From Octopus bimaculoides (taxonomy: Eukaryota), in contig NC_068988.1 of assembly GCF_001194135.2 (NCBI RefSeq), forward strand, positions 34,911,645 through 34,947,667: a DNA stretch of 36,023 nt. Reading direction: 5' to 3'. Below, piece after piece: positions 21,984 through 33,759 of this stretch. Positions within the stretch are counted from its first letter, which is position 1. Each line of letters starts with the position of its first letter. Below the pieces are notes generated by a model, which saw only the letters and a list, made by a program, of their open reading frames with translations, did no database searches and was not told where the DNA came from. A program made the position numbers and the translations under genes.

Positions 21984-22082
21984 CACACACACACTCTTGT
22001 ATGCATGTATATATATATATGTACATATATGCGTGTATATGAATGTATGTACACGCACACGCACACACACACACACACACAC
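21885..22082. repeat. Compound (TG)(TA)n(CA)n microsatellite
   Basis: Directly visible; source of five YI/VC/HT ORFs in the track. Confidence 0.95.
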
Positions 22083-22754
22083 AATACTTAAATGCAGAGG
22101 CTGTGAAGATGAGAGAACTGAAAAAGAATTAATATCTAGAACAGTTATCTATCTTTATATTATATATGTGCAGTCAAGCACAACTACATATACACTAGTG
22201 TATATTTATATACATATAGTGTATATACATACTGAATGAACTTATAAACATAGCAACACATCACTCAGGACTTGTACAGAAGACAATTACAAAAAACAAT
22301 TGAGGATAAAGACGTGGGCGGTAGGATGTCTACCCAGACAATTCTCAGGCATCAAATCTAGAAATAGACACATTGGTACAAGAATTTGAAAAACTTACTC
22401 TGAATAACATTATATGACATGTGACAATTTTATACAAGATTTCCCTTACAATATCTGCATCAACGTCTTATCTAAATGTGACAGTTCTGAGAGGGCAATA
22501 GTCTACTTACTCAAGTTTTAAGGAATCATATTTCTTCACTAGCATTGCACTGTGTTCCTGCAAAAGTCATTTGATTGCCTATCTCCTTGTTTACTAAAAA
22601 CTCTAGTTGTACACTGCTGCTACCGGTGTTATACTGGATAAACATTTGAAAGTAATGTGTGTAGTAAGTAGCTATTATTTATGAAAATAGTAAATTGAAG
22701 CCATGATGATGATGCTGTAGTTTATTGTTATCTATCATTTACTTTTCCTTTCTG

Positions 22755-22897
22755 TGTCACAGTTGTTGTTTGACTCTAGCTAAGCCTTTATCTGGCAGGC
22801 ATATGATCAATGGACTTTCAGTCATGTCTTTTGTTTCAATCATAATTCATCTAAGACCATTTTGATAGTCTTAAATGCATTATGACAACCGTAATCG

Positions 22898-22937
<40 letters not shown>

Positions 22938-22947
22938 NNNNNNNNNN

Positions 22948-22986
<39 letters not shown>

Positions 22987-23075
22987 GTCTGTTTCCTTAT
23001 TGAGACAATAAAGTGTGATTTAAGAGAGATTTGGATGTTATTTGTTTCACTGACCACACAGAAACCACTCTCTCC
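22755..23075 (-). mobile_element. SINE family C, interrupted by an (ATT)n tract
   Basis: gttgttgtttgactctagctaagcc...tgatcaatggactttcag on the left and gtgtgatttaagagagatttggatgttattt..gaccacacagaa on the right. Confidence 0.55.
22938..22947. other. Assembly gap (10 N) inside (ATT)n
   Basis: N run. Confidence 1.
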
Positions 23076-23384
23076 TGTTCTCCTTCATTGGTGTCCCTTG
23101 TTTCTAAAGAACTCGGTCATAAATTGGCAGAGAAAGGGGTCTGCCAGTTTTTATTCATTTATTTATTTTGCACATCAGATTCACATGAGAAGTGAATTGA
23201 CTCTCACCAGTAATTGGAACCAGTTCAATTTCAACCTGCTTGATGCTTAATTAATCCTTTAATTAATGTGCACTTGAAGCTGAAATTGCCAATACACTAT
23301 TAAAGTACTAAATCTATCTCATCTGAACTATTGTAATCTGTTAATAATTATTTCCTACTTCAGTATCATATTGGTTTCTGATTT

Positions 23385-23500
23385 GGACACAGGGCCAGCA
23401 AATTTGAGAGGAAGGGAGATTAGTTGATACCACTGACCCCCCTCCCCCAGTTCTAGGCTGACACTTACTTTCTTGATGCCAAAGCAGATGCTTAACCTTG
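23385..23500 (-). mobile_element. SINE family B 3' fragment
   Basis: ggacacagggccagcaaatttgagaggaagggagattagttgatacc is the reverse complement of the family B tail region. Confidence 0.6.
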
Positions 23501-23741
23501 CATAATAATAATACAAGAATTGTTTGTTTTTTTTAGACCTGAATCAATTTAACAATGATGAAAAGCACTGTAGATCCCAATACTAATCTCAATATTAATT
23601 AATACAGTTGAATGAAGATTGCAATTAGCATTTAATTTATCAACTGACTCCAGTGAGATTTGACCTTTGAATATATAAGTATACAAACTGTACAAAATCA
23701 AATACTATCTGGCAAGGGGTAGTTTTAATTTCTGTTCTTAG

Positions 23742-23782
23742 GAGTTGGCTGATCTTAGAAACTCCACTACTCTGGCTCCCCT
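23742..23782 (+). CDS. Candidate exon start running into the assembly gap
   Basis: ttttaatttctgttcttag|G acceptor; open frames ELADLRNSTTLAP or SWLILETPLLWLP; the donor is not visible. Confidence 0.2.
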
Positions 23783-24143
23783 NNNNNNNNNNNNNNNNNN
23801 NNNNNNNNNNNNNNNNNNNNNNNNNNNNNNNNNNNNNNNNNNNNNNNNNNNNNNNNNNNNNNNNNNNNNNNNNNNNNNNNNNNNNNNNNNNNNNNNNNNN
23901 NNNNNNNNNNNNNNNNNNNNNNNNNNNNNNNNNNNNNNNNNNNNNNNNNNNNNNNNNNNNNNNNNNNNNNNNNNNNNNNNNNNNNNNNNNNNNNNNNNNN
24001 NNNNNNNNNNNNNNNNNNNNNNNNNNNNNNNNNNNNNNNNNNNNNNNNNNNNNNNNNNNNNNNNNNNNNNNNNNNNNNNNNNNNNNNNNNNNNNNNNNNN
24101 NNNNNNNNNNNNNNNNNNNNNNNNNNNNNNNNNNNNNNNNNNN
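23783..24143. other. Assembly gap (361 N)
   Basis: N run. Confidence 1.
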
Positions 24144-24149
24144 AAGTTG

Positions 24150-24313
24150 GGTGAATACTGTTTCTGCTGACTGACTATTTGTATACTCTGTAAATAGGTT
24201 GTCGTTTGGAAGGACATCCAACTATAGTATGATACACATCTGTAACTCATTGGATCTTGCCAAACTGTCCAGCCCTTTCTGCATGAAAGATGGACATTAA
24301 CAAATGATGATGA
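24150..24313 (+). mobile_element. Family D, decayed, with (GAT)n tail
   Basis: ggttgtcgtttggaaggacatccaact...tgcatgaaagatggacattaacaaatgatgatgat. Confidence 0.6.
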
Positions 24314-24818
24314 TAAAAATGACAAGGTAGCACACTGCTGGTATTGCCAGGTGATCTATTGGGTCAGTTTACTTTACATGTAATTCTGGTATAAGTGCTA
24401 AATTGGCAGAGTTGCTTGAGGATTTGATAAAAGGATTTGTGAATCTCTTCATGGTTACTGGATTTGCTCAACAAAATAGTCAAATCTATTAAGTGTTGGT
24501 GTGGTAGGTGGCAACCTAGATGGTCATGGTTCAAATGTTTTTATGTCTGTTGGAATCGGTTGACCTGGGCCTAAAAACAACAACAGTAATTGACAACAAT
24601 TATATTTACATATCATAACAGCTTAGTAATTCAATACTTATGTGTGTGCATGTGTGTACATCTGGATTTCTATGTGTGTTTACATGTGTACTTTTTAAAT
24701 AGCATTTTATCTTAGGCCTAATTTGTTTTTGTTAGTGTTTGTCCTTTCCTATCACGCTTTAGGCTTTTCTCTCTCTTTCTCCTGCCCTACTCGCTCTCCC
24801 TTCTGTTCCTACTGCCAC

Positions 24819-24899
24819 TCTCTCTCTCCATTTCATATACCCACCCCCTCTCGTTTCCTTTCTCTCTCTCCATCTCATATACCCACCCCCTCTCGTTTC
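24819..24899. repeat. 42-bp tandem duplication (about 1.9 copies)
   Basis: tctctctctccat[t/c]tcatatacccaccccctctcgtttc at 24819 and 24861. Confidence 0.9.
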
Positions 24900-25034
24900 A
24901 TCCCCCTTTCTCCTATCGCATCATGTTAGTTTCTGTCTACTTTTGAATGTCAAACATCAATTTAGTCTGTATTCAGAATATTTGCTTGGTCACTATATAA
25001 AAATTCTACTTTATTATTATTATTATTATTATTA

Positions 25035-25066
<32 letters not shown>

Positions 25067-25419
25067 TATTCATTTATTTATCAATTTATTTTATTTTATT
25101 ATTCTTTGGCAGAAATCCAATCCTTTCTCCTCCAAGTCTGTGCAAATATATATTAAGTAGAGAAGTTTTCACCAGTATTGGTTGGGTGGGTGGTTGGTTC
25201 GAGGTGGTGGGCGTTAATGGCTGTCGGGTGGTGGTAGTAGTAAGAGGTGATATTGAAATTTTTGGTAATGGTTCTAGGGATATTTATTGTGGCTAGTTTT
25301 AGAGTTTTTTTGTTGTTGTTGCATATGATGTCAGTGATATTACTTTTGTAATCTCACCCACCACTTGCACTCACACTCACCCATACCCTATCACCACACC
25401 CAAAGAAACTGTTGCTGCT

Positions 25420-25785
25420 GCTTTTAAATCTGTAATGATGTTGGTAGAGATGATAGTAGTAGTAGGGGTTGTGGTGATGATGGTAGTTAATGATAGAGGT
25501 AGTGGTAGTAGTCATAGTGGTTTTGGTAGTAGTAGTTATGCTGATGATGAGGATTGTTGTACTGATAGTGATGGTGGTGGTAGTAGTACATGTGTTAGTC
25601 ATGGTAGTGGTGGTAGCAGTTGTTGTCATCATAGTAGTTGTAGTAAAATTAATCAAGATTTTTAAGACATTCCTGGTAATGATTATGATGATAATGATAT
25701 GGCAACTGTAAAGATGCTGTAACTGATGGTGATTGTGATAAATTGATCAAAATGTTGATAATGGTGATAGTGATGGTGAGAATTT
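25420..25785. repeat. Decayed (AGT/GGT/GAT)n tract
   Basis: Period-3 pattern; source of the poly-V, poly-T and S/G ORFs. Confidence 0.85.
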
Positions 25786-25789
25786 TAAT

Positions 25790-26010
25790 TGTTGTTTAGC
25801 CCCAAGGTCAGAACCATGATCAGACAGACTCATTATCAAAGGCTTTCTAACCATGGCCATCCATCTGTCTTATTTTTGTCATTTTTCCATTCTTTCCTAT
25901 TACCATTAATGTCAGATATTATATTAACCATTTTATATTCTCCTTTAATTTGTAAGATGGTTGAGGGTCTATTTTAAGGAAGATTCAGCTATCACTTCTA
26001 GCAAATTAAG
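25790..26010 (-). mobile_element. SINE family C
   Basis: gttgtttagccccaaggtcag...atcaaaggctttctaaccatggccatcc...aagatggttgaggg..ggaagattcagctatcacttctagcaa. Confidence 0.65.
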
Positions 26011-26014
26011 TGGT

Positions 26015-26755
26015 TAATGACGTTGCATGAACTTTCAGAATCGTTTCAGCAATTTCGTTTGTCTTTACATTCTGTGTTCAAATTCTGCCAAGCTCAACTT
26101 TGCTTTTCATCCTTCCCTGGTCGATAAACTAAGTACCAGTTGAGCACTATGGTTAATGTAATCAACTTACTCCCCCACACAAAATTGCTGGCATAGTGCC
26201 AAAATTTGAAGCCAGTTATGTTACAACCATGTGAAGCTGAAGTACCCAGATTAAATCATAGCGATGTGATGGTAATGATGATAAATGCCATGTTTTTTAT
26301 GGAGATTATGATGAAGACTCTCATGTTTGTAATAATTCATTTTTATGATTATGCTTCTTATTACTGGTTATCTTGTAGAATAGCTAAAATATGCTGTGTG
26401 CTATCTCTCCCACTTCATTATGATCAAGTCCCACCAAAATCAGCTTTGCCTTTCATCTCTTTGGGAACAATAAAGCAAAGTATCAATCTTACCCAATGTT
26501 GCCTTACCCACTCCCCATGAAACTACTGGTCATGCGCATGAGCAGGCAAAATCATCAGAGCATAGAAAGAAATTGCCTTGCAGAATTTGTTTTAGTTCTT
26601 TAAGTTCTGATTTCAAATCCCACTGAGGTTAAATTTACCTTTCATCCTCTCGGATTCGATAAAATAAAGTAGCAGTCAATTACTAGGGTTGATGCTATCA
26701 ACTTACCCCACCCTTTGCTTCAAAATTGTTGGCCTTCTACATCAATTAGAAGCCG
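26015..26755 (+). mobile_element. Cluster of three same-strand SINE family B copies
   Basis: Copies at about 26015-26212, 26430-26530 (partial) and 26545-26755, each with tttgcct/cttttcatc...aagtac/aagtagcag...aatc(a)acttac; the first and third end in aaattg..ggc...ttgaagcc/tagaagcc. Confidence 0.75.
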
Positions 26756-28149
26756 CTGTTATTAATATGATGGTGATGGTGATGGTTTGTTATTATGCTA
26801 AAGCTTTTAGATTAAATTCTATTTCCAAACACTACCATAATTGTAGCTTTATTTTCTTTATATATATATATGTATATGTATTCCTATGCTGTTCAGTTTT
26901 AAAATGCTGCCATCATTATAATCATCATCATCACTGTTGTAATCATAATAGCATGGGTGAAAGGGATGGGGTGAGAGTGGCCATTAAGGGTGTGGAGGTG
27001 ATTTATTTACAGCCTGGACACCCTCCAAAATTGAGATGGCTTCATGAAGCTGTCAGAGCAGTTAATTCTAGGCTTATGTCTATGTTGGTTTGTGTGTGTG
27101 TGTGTGTGCGCGCATGCGTGTGTGTGCATGCATGCGTGTGTGTGTGTGATTGGGTGTGTTTGTGCATGGAAATTGTGGGGCAGAAAGAAGTAACAAGTCA
27201 GATGTCCAAAGAAAACATTTTCTCCTTCAGCCTGATCTGACATTTCAGGTGGTGTGTATTTAATTGAACACACACATACACACATACATACATATACTGT
27301 GTCAGTGTACATACATTTATCTACATGCACACATTTTCATCTATGTAATGTGTGTGTCTGTATAAACTATAAACTAAATATATATTTACTTTAGATTCTG
27401 TGTTGTTTGCTCAATTAACATCTCATTTACACACACACACACACACAAGCACATTTGTATGTCTGTGTGAATGTGTTCACACCCTTACATACAAACACAT
27501 TCTACCATATAATAATATAGGTATGGATGTGCATGCACAAACACACATTTTTTACTTAACATAGAGAAGCAAGTTTTATTTCTATACTAGTCAAACACAT
27601 ACACACACACACACACACGCGCACACACACACACGCACACACACACACACACACACATTGTACATCATCTGGCAAACCACATGTCTTCGGTACTTCTAAG
27701 CTATTAATTAGTATGTCAGATTTTTTTACTCTCTTTTCTTTGAAAATATTATGTCAACTATATTTAAATTTAAAAAGGAAATGTTATTTACATATCATCT
27801 TGCCTGTGATCTTATTTACAGTAATTAAAGTATATCATTTTAATGAGCAAATAATGATTTAGATGCTGGTTTAATATCATGAGAAAAAAAAACTTGTAAA
27901 AAAAAAAAGCTATGAAGAAGACTGTTTTGAAAATGTCTTTGTTGTATGAAACTCAGCTCCATATAGATTTCCCATATTCTTATTTTAGATTTATTTATTT
28001 ATTTAGCTTCAAGGCTGAAACATATTAAAGAATAACCCTGTTTGCATAGGTTGCAAGGCTCTTCTGCTCAGCTACGACATCTCACTACTTGTTAGGTCCA
28101 GCACCCTTGTTTTTCCCTTCTGCATGTTTTTTTTCTATTTAGATTGTTT

Positions 28150-28420
28150 TCTCCTTTTCTACCTTAAACTCTTAATACTTCATCCACCTCACACTTCTGT
28201 ACCAGTTCCATCTTCTATCTTAGGCATTACATTTGACTTCCCTCTTATGAAGTTTTTTCTCAACCCATTTGTGTTCAATCTGTCAAGCAAGCCAACAGAG
28301 AATGCCTGTCTCATTTCTCTCATTTCAGATTCTTTTATATATCTTCTGTATTCAAAGCCCATATTTCATGACCTTGTGGACACTATACTTTGTACACAAG
28401 AAACATACCATTTTTCCCTC
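28150..28420 (+). mobile_element. Possible old CR1-group LINE RT C-terminal fragment
   Basis: ORF 28124-28525 contains SSILGITFD and IYLLYSKPI, resembling the ILGxTFxxxLxW and LYKxxIRP motifs. Confidence 0.35.
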
Positions 28421-29223
28421 ACTCTGAGAGAGAATCTCTTTGTTGTCAACAGAAGTAATAGCTTCCTGAACTTTTCTTATTCTGTTTGGCATAAAGCATA
28501 TCTCCTAAGAACAAAAGAAATATAGAACAGTATTGTGTATGTGTCAGTGTTATAGTTACACTCATATATTTTTAGCAGCTTTGACAAAGATGCAATGTGA
28601 CTGATAGGAAACTCTCGCATGTTATAGCAATCAGAAGCCATGAACCAATGTTAGACCTTCTCTCTCATGAGCAAAGCAATTGAAATAACAATGAAGTCTC
28701 TCTCTAATGTGCTGTTATGCACTGTTGCACTGCAAGAGGTGTTAAGGTGGGTGCTCTGTGGGTTTTTTAAAATGTAATTTAAGGCTTTAGAAAATCCATA
28801 TTAATATCTGAGCATTTTGACAATTTTGTTACACACAAATTTGATTACTAAAAACAAAGTAGCAAAGAGTTGAATAGCTTTTCTATAATTTTTTTAAAAA
28901 GAGCTTTGTAATTGTAAACATTGTTTTCATTGTTGTTTTTACCTTCCTAGTAATTTCTATTTTAATTTATTACTTTCCAGTTTGCAATGGAATTATTTTG
29001 TCACTGTCTTTAAAATGTGAGAATATTTTATATGAATAGCTCTGGATAAGTAGCCTAAGGTTTGAAAAATTGATGTATTGATCATGGTTAGAAATGCTTC
29101 TGATCTATTCTGTCAAAGATAACTTAGAGCTAGTTGACAACAATTACTATCTGTATCTTCAATATCTCACTTTTACTACTACTACTGCTACTGCTGCTGC
29201 TGCCACCGCCACCCCCAAAACCA

Positions 29224-29323
29224 CCACCACCACCACCAAAACAGTATCCTTCAGCCTTATCTATTGAGATATATATTTTCATTAAATTTTCACCACCACT
29301 ACCACCTAAACAGTATCCTTCAG
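29224..29323. repeat. Short spaced direct duplication
   Basis: caccacc..accac.aaacagtatccttcag at about 29224-29254 and 29291-29323. Confidence 0.8.
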
Positions 29324-29489
29324 TTGTCCACTTCATAGTCTACCATCATCATAGATTTGCTTTATCAGAATTGACCTGTGGCTAAACCCAACCTATTTTC
29401 CCCCAGCATAAATTTAACATACAACCATCTTCTGTTCTCCTTCACTTCACCTGTCTATGAAGCTGCATGAGATTGTGAGAAGGGCCCCC

Positions 29490-29670
29490 TACCTGCTCTT
29501 TTCACCTTCTAGAAATATCAGCCAGATCTCCATCATACCATAGTGTGTCGTTTTCGGAAAGTAATTTAGTTTTTGATGTACTTTTAAAAAGGTGTAATGG
29601 TCATTGCTGGTATACCTTTGATTATAGGTCGATTTAATTGGAGCTGACAGAGCCAAAAGCACTATACTCA
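29490..29670 (+). mobile_element. SINE family C
   Basis: ctagaaatatcagccagatctcc...aatggtcattgctggtatacctttgattataggtc. Confidence 0.6.
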
Positions 29671-30254
29671 TTGATTTCTTTCTCTGACTTAGCAATAAAA
29701 TAAGTAAAATGCTTGCATGCTGAACACATTACATTAAGAATGAGTGTGTGTGTGTGTGTGTGTGTGTATGCACACACATATATAGCATTTCAGAAAATAT
29801 TTATATATTTAAATTCATGTTGTTTTAAAATTTAATGAAAATAAAATGTTTAAAATACAAAGCTAAAATAACAAAATAGTAGAAAACAATATGTGTCAAC
29901 TTGTATCTTTTAATCTCTTGTTTTTATATGGAGACAAATATACTTTTAAATACGCACGCACTTCAGACACATGCGGAAGCAGGAACTGGTGGGTCAAGTG
30001 TCAGTTCTGCTCAGGTATTCATAACTCATTTCTCTCTCTTCTTGTCACTCAGATCAGTCTGCTGCTAGTAAATACATCCAGTTGCTTTTCCTAGAAAGTT
30101 GGTCCTCAGAAATTCTCCCCTTTCACATGTTTTACCTGCAGCTGCCCACTTGCTATGGATTAATGGATCATTAAAGACATCAATCTTACCTTTGTCAGTG
30201 GGTCGATGAAAGCTTTAGATACAATCCCTTCTTTCAGACCAAGTTAATGGTTTC

Positions 30255-30460
30255 AAATTTTAGCACAATGCCAGTAATTTTAAGGAAGGTAAGGTGAGTC
30301 CTTTATATGGACAGCTATATTACCCTTCTACTTTATTTTATCAACCTCAAATGGATGACAGATAGAATTGACCTAGGCATGATTTGAACTAACAATGTAA
30401 AGAGTCCAACGAAATTCTTCTGAGCATTTCGTCTGACACGCTAATGATTCTGCCAGCTCA
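30255..30460 (-). mobile_element. SINE family B
   Basis: ggtttcaaattttagcacaatgccagtaatttt...atttgaactaacaatgtaaag...gctaatgattctgccagctcaccc. Confidence 0.75.
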
Positions 30461-31285
30461 CCCACCTTCCACACCAATGTAGTAAAAACCCTGAAAAAGA
30501 TTTTAAAAAACTAAAAAAAAAAAAAACCCGCATATGCAATTACATATATGTCAGGGACTTGTATTATCCACTCCAGCCCTACTTCCATGTATGTTTAATT
30601 GTTGTGACTTCCTCAAGTCAACTAACAACCTCTGGTGACTTACTTGATAAGCACTTGCCACTGTGATTGGTTTGGGGCAGTTCTCAGCCATGGGGTGATA
30701 AGACTCATTGCCCATCCATTGGTTTATGTTCATGCAAATATGTTTGCATATACACTTTCTTAAATACACACACGTGTAAAGCATATAAGTGCTCTCCCTC
30801 TCCTCTGAAACAAAAAAAAAAAAAATAAATAAATAAATTAAAAAGGTTCTTTGTTAAACAAATTCATATTTACAAATACACAGGCAAACATATGCGTACT
30901 GATAACACAGATTCATATTGACACAAGTAAATGTATGTTGACATACACATTTACACAATGATACAAATGCATCCATGTATAACAACAAGTACATACTCTT
31001 TTTTAACTCCTGATTGTTTTATATGATAATAAAAAAGAATGCATAAAAGTACAAATACATGCAAACATATTCACAAAACACATTTATTCACACAGACATA
31101 GACAGAGACACACATACACACATACTCCACCTTTGTTTGAAACACTGTCTGTCTCTCTCAATCTTTAGGCACAGATATCTACACGCATTTCGACTAAATC
31201 CACAGAAAACCCCTTTCTCTTTTCACACATCCACATCAATACATTCAGCTGCCAGTACATATATTTATGTGTGTGACTGCATGCA

Positions 31286-31324
<39 letters not shown>

Positions 31325-31619
31325 ACATGTACATTCTAAAATAAGGTTCCTGCAGGAAGGGGACAGACCACAAATTAAAGCAAGCTGTCTTCAGAATGAC
31401 TTTCTCATCAAAGTAAACAGTGAGTCACTATCAAAACACAACTCCCACCACCACTATTAATTCATTGCAGTAACCACTAAGCTATTACCACTATGTTTGC
31501 AACCGTAATTACCACAACCATCACCTCTACAACCTGTTACCTCTACAGTGCAGTTCTCAGAATCCCCTACTTCTAGTGCTGCGATTACAACAAGACAAAG
31601 AAGAGGCCCTTTTTGTGCC

Positions 31620-31800
31620 ATCTCAGTCTGCTAGAAATAGCAGCCAAATTTTATTTAAATCATACTTTACAGTCTTAAAAAGAGAAATTATTAAGACTAA
31701 GACAGCATTGAACCATGTAGTGTTAAATATGTGGCCACTTACAGTGCTGAAATTCCCCTCAAAGGAAAATGCACGTTAGTTAATGTAGTTCTAGATCATG
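31620..31800 (+). mobile_element. SINE family C
   Basis: gctagaaatagcagccaaat...acagtcttaaaaagag...taatgtagttctagat. Confidence 0.6.
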
Positions 31801-32040
31801 ATGATGATGATCATCATCATCATTTCTTAATGCCCAGTTTTCCATGCTTGCATGTGTCTGATGGAATTTGTTGAGGCAGATTTTCTATCACCAACTCTCA
31901 TCTATTTCCAAGCAGAGTAACATTTCCTCATGATCACACATGTTTTCACAGAATATTGGCCACACACAACATCATTTTTATAACAGTGACACTCATTTAC
32001 AACTATTGTACAGTGTCAAGACAAGGAGACACAGGCACAC
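31801..32040 (-). mobile_element. Family D variant with (ATC)n tail on the plus strand
   Basis: catcatcatttcttaatgcccagttttccatgcttgcatg shares the family D tail; the body differs from 8962-9146. Confidence 0.65.
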
Positions 32041-32064
32041 TTATATACAGGCACTCATGCACAC

Positions 32065-32405
32065 ATCTTGAATCTTTTACTTGTTTTGATCATACTAGTG
32101 CCACCACCTAGAAGGATTTAGTCGAAAATGTCAACCCCAGTACTTATTTTTTACAAGTCTTGTCCTTATTCTCTTAGCCTCTTTTACCAAATTGCTAAGC
32201 TAGGGAGATGTAAACAAACCAACACCAGTTGTCAAGCATATGTAGGGACTCAAATACCTCACAAACCCAGTTACACAAATACACATATGCATTATAGATT
32301 TCTTTCATTTTCTGCCTACCAAATCCACTCACAAGGCTTTGCTTGGCCTGGTGCTGTAGTAGATTACACTTGTTCAGTGTGCCATGCTGTGGGACTGAAA
32401 CAACT
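32065..32405 (-). mobile_element. SINE family A
   Basis: ctaccaaatccactcacaaggctttg...gtgccatgctgtgggactgaa matches 16017-16100. Confidence 0.8.
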
Positions 32406-32494
32406 GTAAGCCTATGATGAATAAAGAGATAAATAAATGTCCATAGTTCATTATTTCTATTTATCACACACACACGCACGCACGCACGCGCACA

Positions 32495-32630
32495 ATGGCA
32501 TCTTTGAGTTTCTGACTTCCAAATTTATTCACAAGCTAGAGTGAAAGACACTTGCCCAAGGTACCACTCAGAACAGACTGAATAAGAAGCCATGTAGCTA
32601 GAAAGCAAACTTTTTAAACACCCAACCATG
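32495..32630 (-). mobile_element. SINE family A 5' fragment
   Basis: agacacttgcccaaggt...gccatgtagctagaaagcaaact. Confidence 0.6.
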
Positions 32631-32635
32631 CAGGT

Positions 32636-32710
32636 TGATCATAGCTGGAATACTTCTTGATCATAAGCCTGTTGAGTTGGGGGTGATATCAGGCTAAACA
32701 ACAACCACCA
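32636..32710 (+). mobile_element. SINE family C 3' end with (CAA)n tail
   Basis: gatcatagctggaatacttcttgatcataagcc...ggctaaacaacaacc. Confidence 0.6.
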
Positions 32711-32949
32711 CAACTACCTGTAACACTATCGCAACTACAAACCCTCTTAATACTATTAAACCTGCTATACAGTTGTCAATCATACTAGAAATACCAGCCA
32801 GATCTCTTTTAGTTCGCTCTTTATCATGTTAAATGATTACTTTAACCATGCATGTTGGCCTACGGCTTAATAATAGCAACCACTTCTAGTGCTATTACAG
32901 CCATCATCAGCAACACTGTGAATATAAACCAATGAATGAGTTTTCATTT

Positions 32950-33090
32950 GGTTGCTCAGCTTACTAGAAATAGTAGCAGATTTCCCACTTATCACAAAAA
33001 GAATACAATATAGTGTTGGAGACACAAATGGAATGATCATGGTTAGAATGTCTTTGGTTATCGGTCAAAGTTAACATGGATTTCTGAAAG
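32950..33090 (+). mobile_element. SINE family C, internally deleted
   Basis: actagaaatagtagcagatttccc...tgatcatggttagaatgtctttggttatcggtc. Confidence 0.55.
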
Positions 33091-33189
33091 AGTAAATAAT
33101 GTCAATTTAATAGACCTTTGTACATGTTCTCAGACGGACATCTTCATCCCCTTCAGTATAAACAGTGATGTGGGATTTGAATCTTTTTT

Positions 33190-33530
33190 TATTGTTTATA
33201 CTTGATGGTGGAAGAGGCAGAATCCATAGCCTTTCCAAGCCCTCCCAGACTAGCAAGATTGATGCCATTGATATTCCTCTTGAAGCTTTGTAAGTCAGCA
33301 TTGCAGGTGAAGATATGATTGCGTGAGAATTCCAGAAGGAAGATGTCTGGGAAGAAATGATTGGGAAAAGTTATTAATGAAGGCTGATTGGACACAACAA
33401 GAGAGGTGAGAAGAGGAGAGATAAGTGGGATGCGAATAATTGAGAGGAGGAAAGATAAGTGGCATGTGAATGATTGAGAGGAGATTATATTAGTCAACCT
33501 ACTCTGTAAAGCAGAGGCCACTTGGAAAGT
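33190..33530 (-). mobile_element. CR1-group LINE, end of ORF2 and start of 3' UTR
   Basis: Translation SRLTNIISSQSFTCHL...NADLQSFKRNINGINL fits the C-terminal DLQSFKRxIxxxxL motif; nucleotide similarity to 8060-8350. Confidence 0.75.
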
Positions 33531-33759
33531 TTGTGGACAAAATTAAATTTGGTGGTGCATTTAGTTCATCTTAGATTTACTGCAAGTACACACCCCTCTC
33601 ACTATGACAATACTAGTGAACAAGGGAATTTCTATTTCTGTTGCTGGTTTTTAACCCTAGGTCAGTTTTCGTTCAGCTGACCAATAAACTAACTCTTCCG
33701 TTTGGGACCATTGCTTTAAACACATAATTTATTTACATCTGTATTGTTATTTTATTCAT

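Noticed and set aside
21759-22239. Stack of YI/VC/HT ORFs (also 4971-5210, 16942-17226, 26689-27330, 31059-31460)
   Set aside because: Largely translations of (TA)n, (TG)n and (CA)n microsatellites.
23555-23647. C box (ATGATGA) and D box (CTGA) about 90 nt apart, snoRNA-like
   Set aside because: No terminal stem, no recognisable rRNA or snRNA antisense element, and ATGATGA is very common here.
23640-24325. 141-195 aa ORFs spanning the gap
   Set aside because: Their length is an artefact of N bases.
33051-33062. 12-nt match to the 5' end of miR-9 (TCTTTGGTTATC); also on the minus strand at 11918-11929
   Set aside because: The sequence diverges after 12 nt, no precursor hairpin is evident, and both lie in repeat remnants.
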